NCBI GenBank assembly: GCA_044344255.1
Contig: JBIJDH010000013.1
Location: forward strand, 32,001 to 96,000
Origin: Myxococcota bacterium
GTDB lineage: Bacteria > Myxococcota_A > UBA796 > UBA2385
Direction of reading: 5' to 3'
Length of the DNA: 64,000 nt
This document shows, piece after piece, positions 19,580-29,645 of the stretch (its first letter is position 1; every line of letters begins with the position of its first letter). A program made the translations under genes and the position numbers. The notes below the pieces were generated by a model. It worked only from the letters and a program-made list of their open reading frames with translations, was not told the DNA's origin and searched no databases.

Positions 19580-21085
19580 ATGCCCGTGGTGGCCATCGTC
19601 GGCCGTCCGAACGTGGGCAAGTCCACCCTGTTCAATCGCCTCACCGGTACGCGCGACGCGCTCGTGAACGATCGGCCGGGCGTCACCCGGGACCGTCATT
19701 ACGGCACCGCCACCTGGAACAGCCACGAGGTCGTCATCATCGACACCGGTGGCTTCGAGCCCGATCCGGCCTCCCTGCCCGAGGGTGACCTCTTCCACCA
19801 GGTCACCGCCCAGGCCAAGATCGCCATCGAGGAGGCCGACGTCATCCTCTTCGTCGTCGATCGGCAGGTGGGCCTCGCGCCCGCCGATCTGCTCACCGCT
19901 GACATCCTCCGCCGCACCGTGCGGGCCGGCGAACACAAAGACCGGGTCATCCTCGTCGTCAACAAGTGTGACGGCGATCGGCACGACATCGACGCCTTCG
20001 AGTTCTCCGCCCTCGGCGTGGAGCCCATCGTCTGCGTCTCGGCCGAGCACGGCCGCAACGTCTGGGACCTCTGGGATCAGATCATCCCCCGCCTCCCCGA
20101 GCCGGTCGAGGCGGGCCCGGCGGCCGACGACGAAGACAACCGGATCCTCGACGCCGACGAGCCCGAAGAGGAGCTCGTCCAAGAGCCCGGGCGCCGCGAC
20201 CGCAGCCGCGCCGAGCGCGAGCGGATCGAGAGCGAGAAGGGCAACCCGAGCGGCGTGCCGAGCGAGGGCGCCGAGATCAAGATCGCCGTCGTCGGCCGCC
20301 CGAACATCGGCAAGTCCACCCTGGTCAACCGCCTGATCGGTGAAGAGCGTCACGTCGTCCACGACATGCCGGGCACCACGGTGGATCCGGTCGACTCGGT
20401 CTTCTCGATCGACGGTCAGCGATACCGCCTCGTCGACACCGCCGGTGTCCGCCGGCGCTCGCGCATCGAGGACAAGGTCGAGGAGCTCGCCACGCTGCGG
20501 GCCATCAAGACCATCGAGCGCTGCCACCTCACCATCCTGATGATCGACGGCGTCGAGGGGGTGACCGCCCAGGATCAGCGCCTCGCCGCGCTGATCGTCG
20601 AGCGGGGCCGCGCCTGCATCATCGTCCTCAACCGCTGGGACCTCGTGCGCGACCTCGAAGACCGCAACGTCCACGTCGTCGAGGGTGAGCTGCAGGACAT
20701 GCTGCCGCACTTGTCCTGGGCCCCGCCGCTCTACATCTCGGCGCTCACCGGCAAGGGCTGTCACCGCATCCTGCCGCTGTGTAAGGACGCCTTCGAGCAG
20801 TTCAACCGGCGCATCCCCACGGCGAAGCTCAACGACTTCCTGGGCAAGGCGCTCGCCGGCTATCAGCCGCCGCAGAAGAACAACAACCCGGTCCGCATCC
20901 ACTTCATGTCGCAGACCCGCGTCCGTCCGCCTTCGTTCACGGGATGGACGAACAGCCCGGACGCCGTCGGCCCCGCGTATCGGCGGTACCTCGAGGGCAA
21001 GCTCCGCGAGACCTTCGGCTTCCAGGGCACCCCGATCCGCATCGACATGAAGCAGAAGCGGAAGCCCGGCGAGCCCAAGGCGTGA
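19580..21085 (+). CDS. der: Ribosome biogenesis GTPase Der (EngA)
   Basis: Two G domains (GRPNVGKSTL/DTGG/NKCD and GRPNIGKSTL/DTAG/NRWD), SAEHG, C-terminal FGFQGTPI. Confidence 0.97.
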   Translation: MPVVAIVGRPNVGKSTLFNRLTGTRDALVNDRPGVTRDRHYGTATWNSHEVVIIDTGGFEPDPASLPEGDLFHQVTAQAKIAIEEADVILFVVDRQVGLAPADLLTADILRRTVRAGEHKDRVILVVNKCDGDRHDIDAFEFSALGVEPIVCVSAEHGRNVWDLWDQIIPRLPEPVEAGPAADDEDNRILDADEPEEELVQEPGRRDRSRAERERIESEKGNPSGVPSEGAEIKIAVVGRPNIGKSTLVNRLIGEERHVVHDMPGTTVDPVDSVFSIDGQRYRLVDTAGVRRRSRIEDKVEELATLRAIKTIERCHLTILMIDGVEGVTAQDQRLAALIVERGRACIIVLNRWDLVRDLEDRNVHVVEGELQDMLPHLSWAPPLYISALTGKGCHRILPLCKDAFEQFNRRIPTAKLNDFLGKALAGYQPPQKNNNPVRIHFMSQTRVRPPSFTGWTNSPDAVGPAYRRYLEGKLRETFGFQGTPIRIDMKQKRKPGEPKA

Positions 21086-22992
21086 TCCGGGTCCTCGAAG
21101 ACCGCGTCGTCAACAAGATCGCGGCCGGCGAGGTGGTGGAGCGCCCGGCGAGCGCCCTGAAGGAGCTCTTCGAGAACGCGCTCGACGCCGGGGCCACCGA
21201 GCTCCGGGTCGAGCTCGAGCGGGGTGGGCGCGAGCTCGTGCGGGTGGCCGACAACGGCAGCGGGATGGACCGCTCCGACGCCACCCTCTGCCTCGAGCGA
21301 CACGCCACGAGCAAGATCCGCTCCGATGAGGATCTGTTCAACATCCACACGCTCGGCTTCCGGGGGGAGGCCGTACCGAGCATCGCCGCGGTCAGCCGCT
21401 TCGAGCTCGTCACCCGCACCGCGGCGGCCGCGGTGGGCACCCGCATCCGGGTCGAGGGCGGGCGCCTCGACGCGGTGGAGGACGCCGGCTGCCCCGTCGG
21501 CACCGACATCTCCGTGCGGTCGCTCTTCTTCAACATCCCCGTGCGGAAGAAGTTCCTGCGCACGGTGCAGACCGAGCTCAGCCACTGCATGGAGGCGGTG
21601 CTGCGGGAGTCCCTGATCCGCCCAGAGCTCGACGTCGAGCTCATCCACGACGGGGAGCGGCTGCTGCACGCCCCCCGCGCCAAGGATCGGGCCGCTCGCG
21701 CCGCCGACCTGCTCGGCGGGCACGGCGAGGCGCTGGTGCCGGTCTCCTTCCAGCGCGGGGAGCTCGAGCTGGAGGGGCTCATCTCGCCGGTGGGCGTGCA
21801 CAAGGCCGATGCTCAGGGCTCGAGCTACCTGTACGTGAACGGTCGATTCGTCCGCGATCCGGTGCTTCGAAAGGCCGTGACCGACGCCTACCGCGGCATC
21901 GTCCCCAAGGACCGCCACCCCACCGTGGTCCTCGAGCTGCGGGTCCCCCGCGACCGGGTCGACGTCAACGTGCACCCCGCCAAGACCGAGGTGCGCTTCC
22001 AGGACGCCCGCGAGCTCGTCCACGCCGTCTCCGAGGGGCTGCGGGAGGGCCTGCAGCGGCACGGCATCCACCGACCGGTCTTCGAGCGACGGCCCGACCC
22101 TCGCCCGCCGCGCGGGGTCGATCCCTTCCCCCAGCAGGCCCTGCCGGTGAGGGCGACGCCGGGGCCGCTCTTCTCGGCCGAGCCGCCGCCCGCGTGGGAC
22201 CCCGGCCCGCCCCCCGCCTGGGACCCTGGCCCGCCGCCGCCGGACGAGTGGGCGCCGCTCCCGGCCGAACGGGACGGCCCGCCGCCCACGCCGGCGGCCC
22301 CAGCGTCGGTCCCCACGTCGGTCCCAACGTCTGTCTCACTGACGGTCGCTCCGGCGCCGAGCGGCCGACCGCCGCTGCCCTCGGCGGTCGACCGGGGTCT
22401 GCTGCCCGTGCCCCGCTTCGCGGACCTGCGGGTCCTCGGGCAGCTCGCCCGCACCTACGTGCTCTGCGAGGGCCTGGGTGAGCTCGTGATCATTGACCAG
22501 CACGCCGCTCACGAGCGGGTCACCCTCCACCGCCTGCTCGCCGCCGAGCGCGGGGAGGGCAGCGGCGGCCAGCGCCTCCTCGCCCCGCCGGTGGTCGAGC
22601 TCTCTGCCCCGCGCGCCCGCGCCCTGGCCGAGCACGCCCCCCTGCTCGCCGGCTGGGGCCTCGAGGTGGAGGCCTTCGGCGGCCGCAGCTTCATCATCAA
22701 GCAGGTGCCCGAGGTGCTGCTCGGCGCCGATCTCCGCCGCCTCGTCGAAGATGTGGCCGACGACCTCGCCCAGGGAGGCAGCGGCGAGCCAGCCCGCGCC
22801 CACAAGGAGAAGGTGCTGGCCACGATGGCCTGCCACACCTCGGTGCGGGCCGGGCAGGTGCTCTCCCCCTACGAGATGCGCTCCTTGCTGGTCTCCCTCG
22901 ATCAGGTGGACTTCTCGGTCTGCGCGCACGGCCGCCCGGTGATCATCCGCGTCTCGCCTGCGGAGCTCGAGCGGCGCTTCCACCGGAGCTGA
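21082..22992 (+). CDS. mutL: DNA mismatch repair endonuclease MutL
   Basis: IAAGEVVERP, GFRGEA, DVNVHPAK, endonuclease motifs DQHAAHER, ACH and CAHGRP; GTG start overlaps the der stop. Confidence 0.97.
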   Translation: MIRVLEDRVVNKIAAGEVVERPASALKELFENALDAGATELRVELERGGRELVRVADNGSGMDRSDATLCLERHATSKIRSDEDLFNIHTLGFRGEAVPSIAAVSRFELVTRTAAAAVGTRIRVEGGRLDAVEDAGCPVGTDISVRSLFFNIPVRKKFLRTVQTELSHCMEAVLRESLIRPELDVELIHDGERLLHAPRAKDRAARAADLLGGHGEALVPVSFQRGELELEGLISPVGVHKADAQGSSYLYVNGRFVRDPVLRKAVTDAYRGIVPKDRHPTVVLELRVPRDRVDVNVHPAKTEVRFQDARELVHAVSEGLREGLQRHGIHRPVFERRPDPRPPRGVDPFPQQALPVRATPGPLFSAEPPPAWDPGPPPAWDPGPPPPDEWAPLPAERDGPPPTPAAPASVPTSVPTSVSLTVAPAPSGRPPLPSAVDRGLLPVPRFADLRVLGQLARTYVLCEGLGELVIIDQHAAHERVTLHRLLAAERGEGSGGQRLLAPPVVELSAPRARALAEHAPLLAGWGLEVEAFGGRSFIIKQVPEVLLGADLRRLVEDVADDLAQGGSGEPARAHKEKVLATMACHTSVRAGQVLSPYEMRSLLVSLDQVDFSVCAHGRPVIIRVSPAELERRFHRS

Positions 22993-23042
22993 TCCACGAC
23001 GGGCGCTGGCACGAGCCGGGCCCAGGGGAGGGGGTAGGTCGG

Positions 23043-23936
23043 ATGTCCACGGCGCTCATCATCGGCGGGCCCACCGCCGCCGGGAAGACCGACCTCGCCG
23101 TCGAGCTCGCGCTTCAGTACGGCGCCGCCCTCCTCTCCGCGGACGCTATGACCGTGTACCGGGGTATGGACGTCGGCACCGCCAAGCCCGCCCGCGCGCT
23201 GCTCGACCGCCTGCCCCACGCCGCGATTGACGAGCGAGAGCCCGACGAAGACTGGAGCGTCGCCGACTTTGTGGACGCCTTTCACCGCGTGTCGGCGACG
23301 AGCGCTCGGGTGGTGGTGGTCGGCGGTACGCCCTTCTACCTCCGTGCCTTGGCGCGACCGCTCGCCAGCCTCCCCGGCGCCGATCCGACGCTGCGCGCCG
23401 AGCTGGAGGCCCTCCCCGACCCCCACGCCCGGCTGAGGGAGGTCGATCCCCCCTCGGCCGAGCGCCTCCATCCGAACGATCGCGTCCGGGTGGTGCGCGC
23501 CCTCGAGGTGAGCGCGCTCTCCGGCATGCCGATGTCGGCCCTGCACGCCCGCGACGCCGCGCGCCCCGCCCTCGTCCCCGAGGCCCACGTCGGCTGGCTC
23601 GACCGCGACGACCTCCGATCGCGGATCGACGCCCGCGTCGCGGGGATGGTGGAGCAGGGCTACCTCGATGAGGTCCGCCGCCTGCTCGACCTTTGGCCCC
23701 GCGAGATCAAGCCGCTCCGCTCCTTCGCTTACACCCACCTCGTCGATCACCTGCTGCTGGAGCTCCCCCTCGACGAGGCGCTCCGCCGCACCGCGCGGGA
23801 CACCTGGGTCCTGGCCCGCAAGCAGCGCACCTGGGCCCGCGGCATGGGCTGGGCGCCGACCGACCCTGCGGGCATCCGCGCCCTCGCCCGGCGGGTCTTC
23901 GAGGGGCCGGGCGCCGCGGGGGCCGACGGTGGGTGA
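23043..23936 (+). CDS. miaA: tRNA dimethylallyltransferase
   Basis: GPTAAGKT, DAMTVYRGMDVGTAKP, VGGTPFY, HPNDRVRVVRALEV, ARKQRTW; follows mutL. Confidence 0.95.
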   Translation: MSTALIIGGPTAAGKTDLAVELALQYGAALLSADAMTVYRGMDVGTAKPARALLDRLPHAAIDEREPDEDWSVADFVDAFHRVSATSARVVVVGGTPFYLRALARPLASLPGADPTLRAELEALPDPHARLREVDPPSAERLHPNDRVRVVRALEVSALSGMPMSALHARDAARPALVPEAHVGWLDRDDLRSRIDARVAGMVEQGYLDEVRRLLDLWPREIKPLRSFAYTHLVDHLLLELPLDEALRRTARDTWVLARKQRTWARGMGWAPTDPAGIRALARRVFEGPGAAGADGG

Positions 23937-23975
23937 CACGGTCGCTGGACCTGAAGGCATCACATGAGATAGGAT

Positions 23976-23989
23976 CTTGACCAGTCAAG
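23976..23989. promoter_or_regulatory. Palindrome CTTGAC-CA-GTCAAG, candidate transcription-factor site
   Basis: Perfect 6-bp inverted arms in a locally AT-richer intergenic region after miaA. Confidence 0.35.
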
Positions 23990-24139
23990 CCGGTTGTCCT
24001 CCGCATGGGGCGCCACCTGCGGCGCTGGCTGGATCCGCGGGGTCAGATCGCCGCGGCTCCGGTGTCTCGTTGAAGGTCCCGGCGGTGTGCCCCGTCCGCC
24101 CTGAGCCGCCTGCGGGTCGTCCCGCCCGGAGGAGCGCCC

Positions 24140-24838
24140 TTGAACTCAGCCTTGCCCCGCCGCCGCGCGCCCTCGGGCCCCCTCCTCGCCCTCCTCCTCT
24201 GGGGTGGGCTCGTGGGCGGGAGCGTCGGTGGCTGTGACCACGTGCGCTACACCGAGGCCTTCGAGCCCGAGGTCGCCGTCGAGCGCGTGCTGATCCGGGT
24301 CGAGGCGGGTGAGGTCGAGATCGAGGCCGCCGAGGTCCTGCGCGTGGAGCGGGCGATCCGCGCCCCGCGGGGGTCGCTCGAGCTCAGCCATCGGGTCGAG
24401 GGTGGGCAGCTCATCCTCGAGGCCCACTGCCGGGGCCTCCTGCCCTGCGCGGTCGACACCTTGGTCTCTCTCCCCCCCGGCATCCCGGTGGAGGTCGAGC
24501 TGGGCCACGGGGACCTCGTCGCGGACGGCGTCGATCGCCTCCAGGTCGGCCTCCGCAGCGGGGAGGTCACCCTCGACGGCGTCGCCCGCGCGACGGTGCA
24601 GGTGGGGGAGGGGAGCGTCACGGCCCGCCTCACCACCGGAGCGCGCGCCGACCTCACGGTGGCCGAAGGCGACATCGACGTCACCGTACAGGGCGGGAGC
24701 TGGCAGATCGAGGCCACCGCCGCCGACGTCCGCCTCTCCGGCATCGAGTCCTCCGAAGACGGAGACGGTCAGCTCCACCTCGTCGCCCCGTCGGGGGAGG
24801 TGAGGGTCCGCCTGCCCGAGCCGGTCGCCCGGCGGTGA
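24140..24838 (+). CDS. Putative lipoprotein, DUF4097/putative-adhesin beta-strand-repeat type
   Basis: Signal with VGGC; repeated beta units VELGHGDL, VGLRSGEV, VQVGEGSV, LTVAEGDI; GGAGGAG RBS before the TTG start. Confidence 0.65.
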   Translation: MNSALPRRRAPSGPLLALLLWGGLVGGSVGGCDHVRYTEAFEPEVAVERVLIRVEAGEVEIEAAEVLRVERAIRAPRGSLELSHRVEGGQLILEAHCRGLLPCAVDTLVSLPPGIPVEVELGHGDLVADGVDRLQVGLRSGEVTLDGVARATVQVGEGSVTARLTTGARADLTVAEGDIDVTVQGGSWQIEATAADVRLSGIESSEDGDGQLHLVAPSGEVRVRLPEPVARR

Positions 24839-24879
24839 TGGGTGCGTGGTAGGGTGGGGCAACTCCCCCGGAAGGTCCG

Positions 24880-27453
24880 ATGGCCACCCGCCCACGTTCC
24901 CGCTCGCCCTTCGGCCGGCCCTCGCCGCTGCTCCTGAGCCTGCTGCTCGGCGCCTGCGCCTACATCGGGGACGCCGACGAGAAGGCCCGCCTCGACCCCG
25001 ATGGAGACGGCGTCCTCTTCCCAAACGACTGCGACGACGACGACGCCCAGCGAGGGGAGCCCGAGGTCTTCTACGAAGACCTGGACGGCGACGGCTTCGG
25101 GGACGCCGAGGCCGAGCTCACCGCCTGCACCTTGCCCGACGGTGCGGTGCGCGATGACCGCGACTGCGACGACAGCACCCCCGACGTCTTCCCCGGCGCC
25201 CAGGAGGTGCCCTACGACGGCATCGACCAGGACTGCGACAACACCGACATCACCGACGTAGACGGCGACGGCTACCCAAGCACGGCGGTGTCGGGCGGCG
25301 ATGACTGTGACGACGCCGATCCCGACATCCACCCCACCGCCGAGGACGACTGGTACGACGGCGTGGACGCCGACTGCGCGGGGAACGACGACTTCGACCA
25401 GGACGGCGACGGCTACACCTCAGACCTCTACGGCGGCCCCGACTGCGACGACACCGACGCCTCCCGCCTGCCCACGAGCGGCGTCGAGGAGGTGTACTAC
25501 AACGGCTTCGACGAGAACTGTGACTCCCTCGCCGACGGCGACGGCGACTGGGATGGAGACGGCTTCTGGGCGGATGACTACGAGGCGCGGGTGGCGGCCA
25601 GCGGAGAGACGATCGAGGTCAACATCCCCCCGGGCGACCGCGACTGCTGGGATGAGGGCTCGGTCACTCCCTCTGCCTACACCGCGATCAACGGCTTCCC
25701 CCAGCCCCCTGTCGAGGCCGTGTACCCCGGCGCGCCCGACACCTACTACGACGGCGTGGATGCCGACTGTGGCGGCGATGACGACTTCGACGCTGACCAG
25801 GACAGCTACAACTCCGACACCTGGCCCGACCGCGCGGGCTTCATCGGCCCCGACTGCGACGACGCCGACCCCTCCATCAGCCCGGCCGAGCCCTACGATC
25901 CGCCCTATGACGGCGTCGATCAGGACTGCGCCGGCGACAGCGACTACGACGCCGACCGGGACGGCTTCGACGCCAGCGACTGGTCTGGGACGGACTGTGA
26001 CGACACACTCTCTTCGGTCAACCCGAGCGAGTCGGAGATCTGCAACAACGGGCTCGACGACGACTGCAGCGGCGACGACAACACCTGTGGCTTCGACAAC
26101 AGTCAATCCGTGGCCCAAGCGGACGCCGAGCTCTTCGGCGACAATGACTACGCCGGCTTCGGTGACACCATCGAGGGCGGAGACCTCGACGGCGACGGGC
26201 GCGGCGACGCCATCATCGGCAGCCCCTACCTCAAGAGCGTCTACACCGGCTGGAACACCGGCGGGGTGCAGCTCTTCTATGGGCCGCTCTCCGCCTCCGG
26301 TCGCACCGCCAGCCTCAGCCTCTATGCGGACAACGACAATGACTATGTCGGCGACGCCCTCTCGGAGGGGGTGGACATCGACGCCGACGGCTACGAAGAC
26401 CTCGCGGTGGGCGCCCAGTATGTCTCCTCTGGCGCTTATTACTCCGGCACCGTCTACCTCCTGAACGGCCCCCTCGGGAGCGGCTCGGGCAGGCTCTCGG
26501 ATTACCACCAGCTCTATTGGCACTCCGACTATGACCAGATGGGCCGGATCGTCGACACCCGCGGTGACCTCGACGGGGACGGCCACGAAGACCTCCTCGT
26601 CGGCTCGAGCGGCGCGGTCGGGTCCGGCGGATACGGTCGCGCGGTCATCGTCTCGGGTCCCGACACCTACACCGGGAACAGCCGAGACTACATCTACGAC
26701 CTGCCCTGGGTGGCCGACGTCCAGGGTGACTACACCACCACGGCCTTCGCGGCGGCCGCCGACACCAGCGGCGATCTGACCGGTGACGGCATCGACGACC
26801 TCGTGATCACCGACCCCAGCGCCACCGACTTCACCGGCGCGAAGGTGGGGCAGGTCTTCATCTTCGCCGGGCCGCTCTCCGGCTCCTACGTGGCCTCCGA
26901 CTACGACGCCGCGGTCACCGGCGTCGAGGCCTACGCCAACGCCGGGGAGACGATCGCGGCGGGCGGCGACTACGACGGAGACGGCTACAACGACCTCGCC
27001 TTGGGGGCGCCCTACTCGAACGGGGGGGCCTACCAGGGCGGCGCCGCCTTCATGACCCTCGGCCCCTTCAGCGTGGGCGCGCAGACCGTCAACGACGCCG
27101 ACGCTTCGGTGTACGGCGTCACCTCCTACGGCTACCTCGGCGAGGCCTTGGAGAGCCAGGCCGACAGCGACGGGGCCGGCCAGGACGACCTCCTCATCGG
27201 CGTCCCCTCGAGCGCCGGCGCGGTGCTGGTCTTCCTCACGGGCTTGAGCGGCGCGCTCAGCCCCTCCGACGCCACCGCCACGCTGCGGGGATCCGGGAGC
27301 GCCGACGCCATCGGCGCCGAGCTCGGCGTCGTCGGTGACCTCTCCGGGGATGGCCGGCCAGACCTCCTCCTCGGCAGCCCCTACCGCGACTCCGCCCTCT
27401 CCACCGCCTCGTCTGAGGGCTCCGCCTTCCTCTTCCTCGGAGGTTCATTGTGA
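24880..27453 (+). CDS. Large surface lipoprotein with MopE-related putative metal-binding repeats and C-terminal FG-GAP repeats
   Basis: Lipobox LGAC; repeated DCDD...PGA.E.PYDG.DQDC units; GDLDGDG...D..IG.P repeats. Confidence 0.88.
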   Translation: MATRPRSRSPFGRPSPLLLSLLLGACAYIGDADEKARLDPDGDGVLFPNDCDDDDAQRGEPEVFYEDLDGDGFGDAEAELTACTLPDGAVRDDRDCDDSTPDVFPGAQEVPYDGIDQDCDNTDITDVDGDGYPSTAVSGGDDCDDADPDIHPTAEDDWYDGVDADCAGNDDFDQDGDGYTSDLYGGPDCDDTDASRLPTSGVEEVYYNGFDENCDSLADGDGDWDGDGFWADDYEARVAASGETIEVNIPPGDRDCWDEGSVTPSAYTAINGFPQPPVEAVYPGAPDTYYDGVDADCGGDDDFDADQDSYNSDTWPDRAGFIGPDCDDADPSISPAEPYDPPYDGVDQDCAGDSDYDADRDGFDASDWSGTDCDDTLSSVNPSESEICNNGLDDDCSGDDNTCGFDNSQSVAQADAELFGDNDYAGFGDTIEGGDLDGDGRGDAIIGSPYLKSVYTGWNTGGVQLFYGPLSASGRTASLSLYADNDNDYVGDALSEGVDIDADGYEDLAVGAQYVSSGAYYSGTVYLLNGPLGSGSGRLSDYHQLYWHSDYDQMGRIVDTRGDLDGDGHEDLLVGSSGAVGSGGYGRAVIVSGPDTYTGNSRDYIYDLPWVADVQGDYTTTAFAAAADTSGDLTGDGIDDLVITDPSATDFTGAKVGQVFIFAGPLSGSYVASDYDAAVTGVEAYANAGETIAAGGDYDGDGYNDLALGAPYSNGGAYQGGAAFMTLGPFSVGAQTVNDADASVYGVTSYGYLGEALESQADSDGAGQDDLLIGVPSSAGAVLVFLTGLSGALSPSDATATLRGSGSADAIGAELGVVGDLSGDGRPDLLLGSPYRDSALSTASSEGSAFLFLGGSL

Positions 27454-28547
27454 GCGGCCGCACGGCAGACACCCAGCGCCGGCCTCGGTGGCGGGCACCC
27501 CTCCTGCTCAGCCTGTGGGTGGGCCTCGCCTCCACCGCGGCGCTGGCCGCCACCCCGGAGGAGGAGGTCGCCGCGGCCCGCGACGCCCTCATCCGCTCCA
27601 AGCCTGCGGACGCCCTCGGGCGCCTCACCGCCGCCGAGTCCGCGGCCGCCGGGCTCACGAGCGTGGTGACCCCCTCCACCCTGGCGAAGCTCTCGCTCTA
27701 CCGCGGGGTCGCCTATCGGATGCAGAAGGACAGCAAGGGGCGAGACATGGAGGCCTGGCGACAGGCGCTCGTCTTCGACCTCCAGCTCGTCTGGGACGAA
27801 GGCGCCCTCAAGAACGACGAGGCGCAGGACCTCTTCGAGGCGCTGCGCGCCGAGGTGCGCGACCGCAAGAAGGTGGACCCCGCCGTCCCCGAGGCGACCG
27901 GGGCCGCCAAGATCTTCGTCGATGGCCAGCGCGTGAAGAGCGGCGACAAGGTGCTCGAGGGCCGCCACCTCGGCCAGATCACCTGCCCCGACGGGGTCAC
28001 CCACGGCGCCTGGACCGACTTCGCGAAGCCCGTGAAGTGGTTCAAGATGTGCCCCGGCGGCGTCGACACCGCGGTGGTGGTCGCCGAGGCGCCGGTCGAG
28101 GACGAGTGGGGCGACGTCGGCCCGGCCTTCGGCGCCCCCGTCGCCGAGCCGCCGCCCCCCGCCGTGACGAAGGCCGCGCCCGCCAAGACCGCGCCCGCCA
28201 AGACCGAGCCCGTCGCCAAGGTGGGGGAGCCCGTCGCCAAGGTGGGGGAGCCCGTCGAGGTAGACGGCGGCGTCGGCACGCTCGGCGAGGACGGCGTGCT
28301 CTATGTGCGCCGCAAGATCCATTGGCCGCTCATCATCGGGGCGGGCGCGCTCGGCCTCGGGGCCGGCGGCCTGCACTACCTCGCCGTTCAGGGTCGCCAG
28401 GACTACCTCGACCCCGCCAACCCAGACATCCGGTCGACCGGCGACCTCGATGACCTGCGCACCCAGACCAACCGGCGCGAGACGGCCTCCATCGCGCTGG
28501 CCGGCCTCTCGGCGGGGGTGTACGTGGCGGCCTTCATTCAGTGGTGA
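27450..28547 (+). CDS. Exported hypothetical protein, paralogous architecture to 8667..9734
   Basis: Signal peptide, TPR-like LYRGVAY...AWRQALVFD, IFVDGQR..GRHLGQ, Pro/Ala/Lys repeats including a 21-bp tandem, C-terminal hydrophobic hairpin. Confidence 0.65.
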   Translation: MSGRTADTQRRPRWRAPLLLSLWVGLASTAALAATPEEEVAAARDALIRSKPADALGRLTAAESAAAGLTSVVTPSTLAKLSLYRGVAYRMQKDSKGRDMEAWRQALVFDLQLVWDEGALKNDEAQDLFEALRAEVRDRKKVDPAVPEATGAAKIFVDGQRVKSGDKVLEGRHLGQITCPDGVTHGAWTDFAKPVKWFKMCPGGVDTAVVVAEAPVEDEWGDVGPAFGAPVAEPPPPAVTKAAPAKTAPAKTEPVAKVGEPVAKVGEPVEVDGGVGTLGEDGVLYVRRKIHWPLIIGAGALGLGAGGLHYLAVQGRQDYLDPANPDIRSTGDLDDLRTQTNRRETASIALAGLSAGVYVAAFIQW

Positions 28548-28594
28548 CCACAAGCGGTGACCCCCAGCGGTGCCCACCAGCGGTGACCCCCGTG
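28543..28594 (+). repeat. 13-bp imperfect tandem repeat x4 (GGTGACC(A/C)C(A/C)AGC) upstream of accA
   Basis: ggtgaccacaagc ggtgacccccagc ggtgcccaccagc ggtgacccccgtg. Confidence 0.85.
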
Positions 28595-28625
28595 GCTGAG
28601 GGGGGCCTCGGAGAGAGCGACATCC

Positions 28626-29641
<1,016 letters not shown>

Positions 29642-29645
<4 letters not shown>

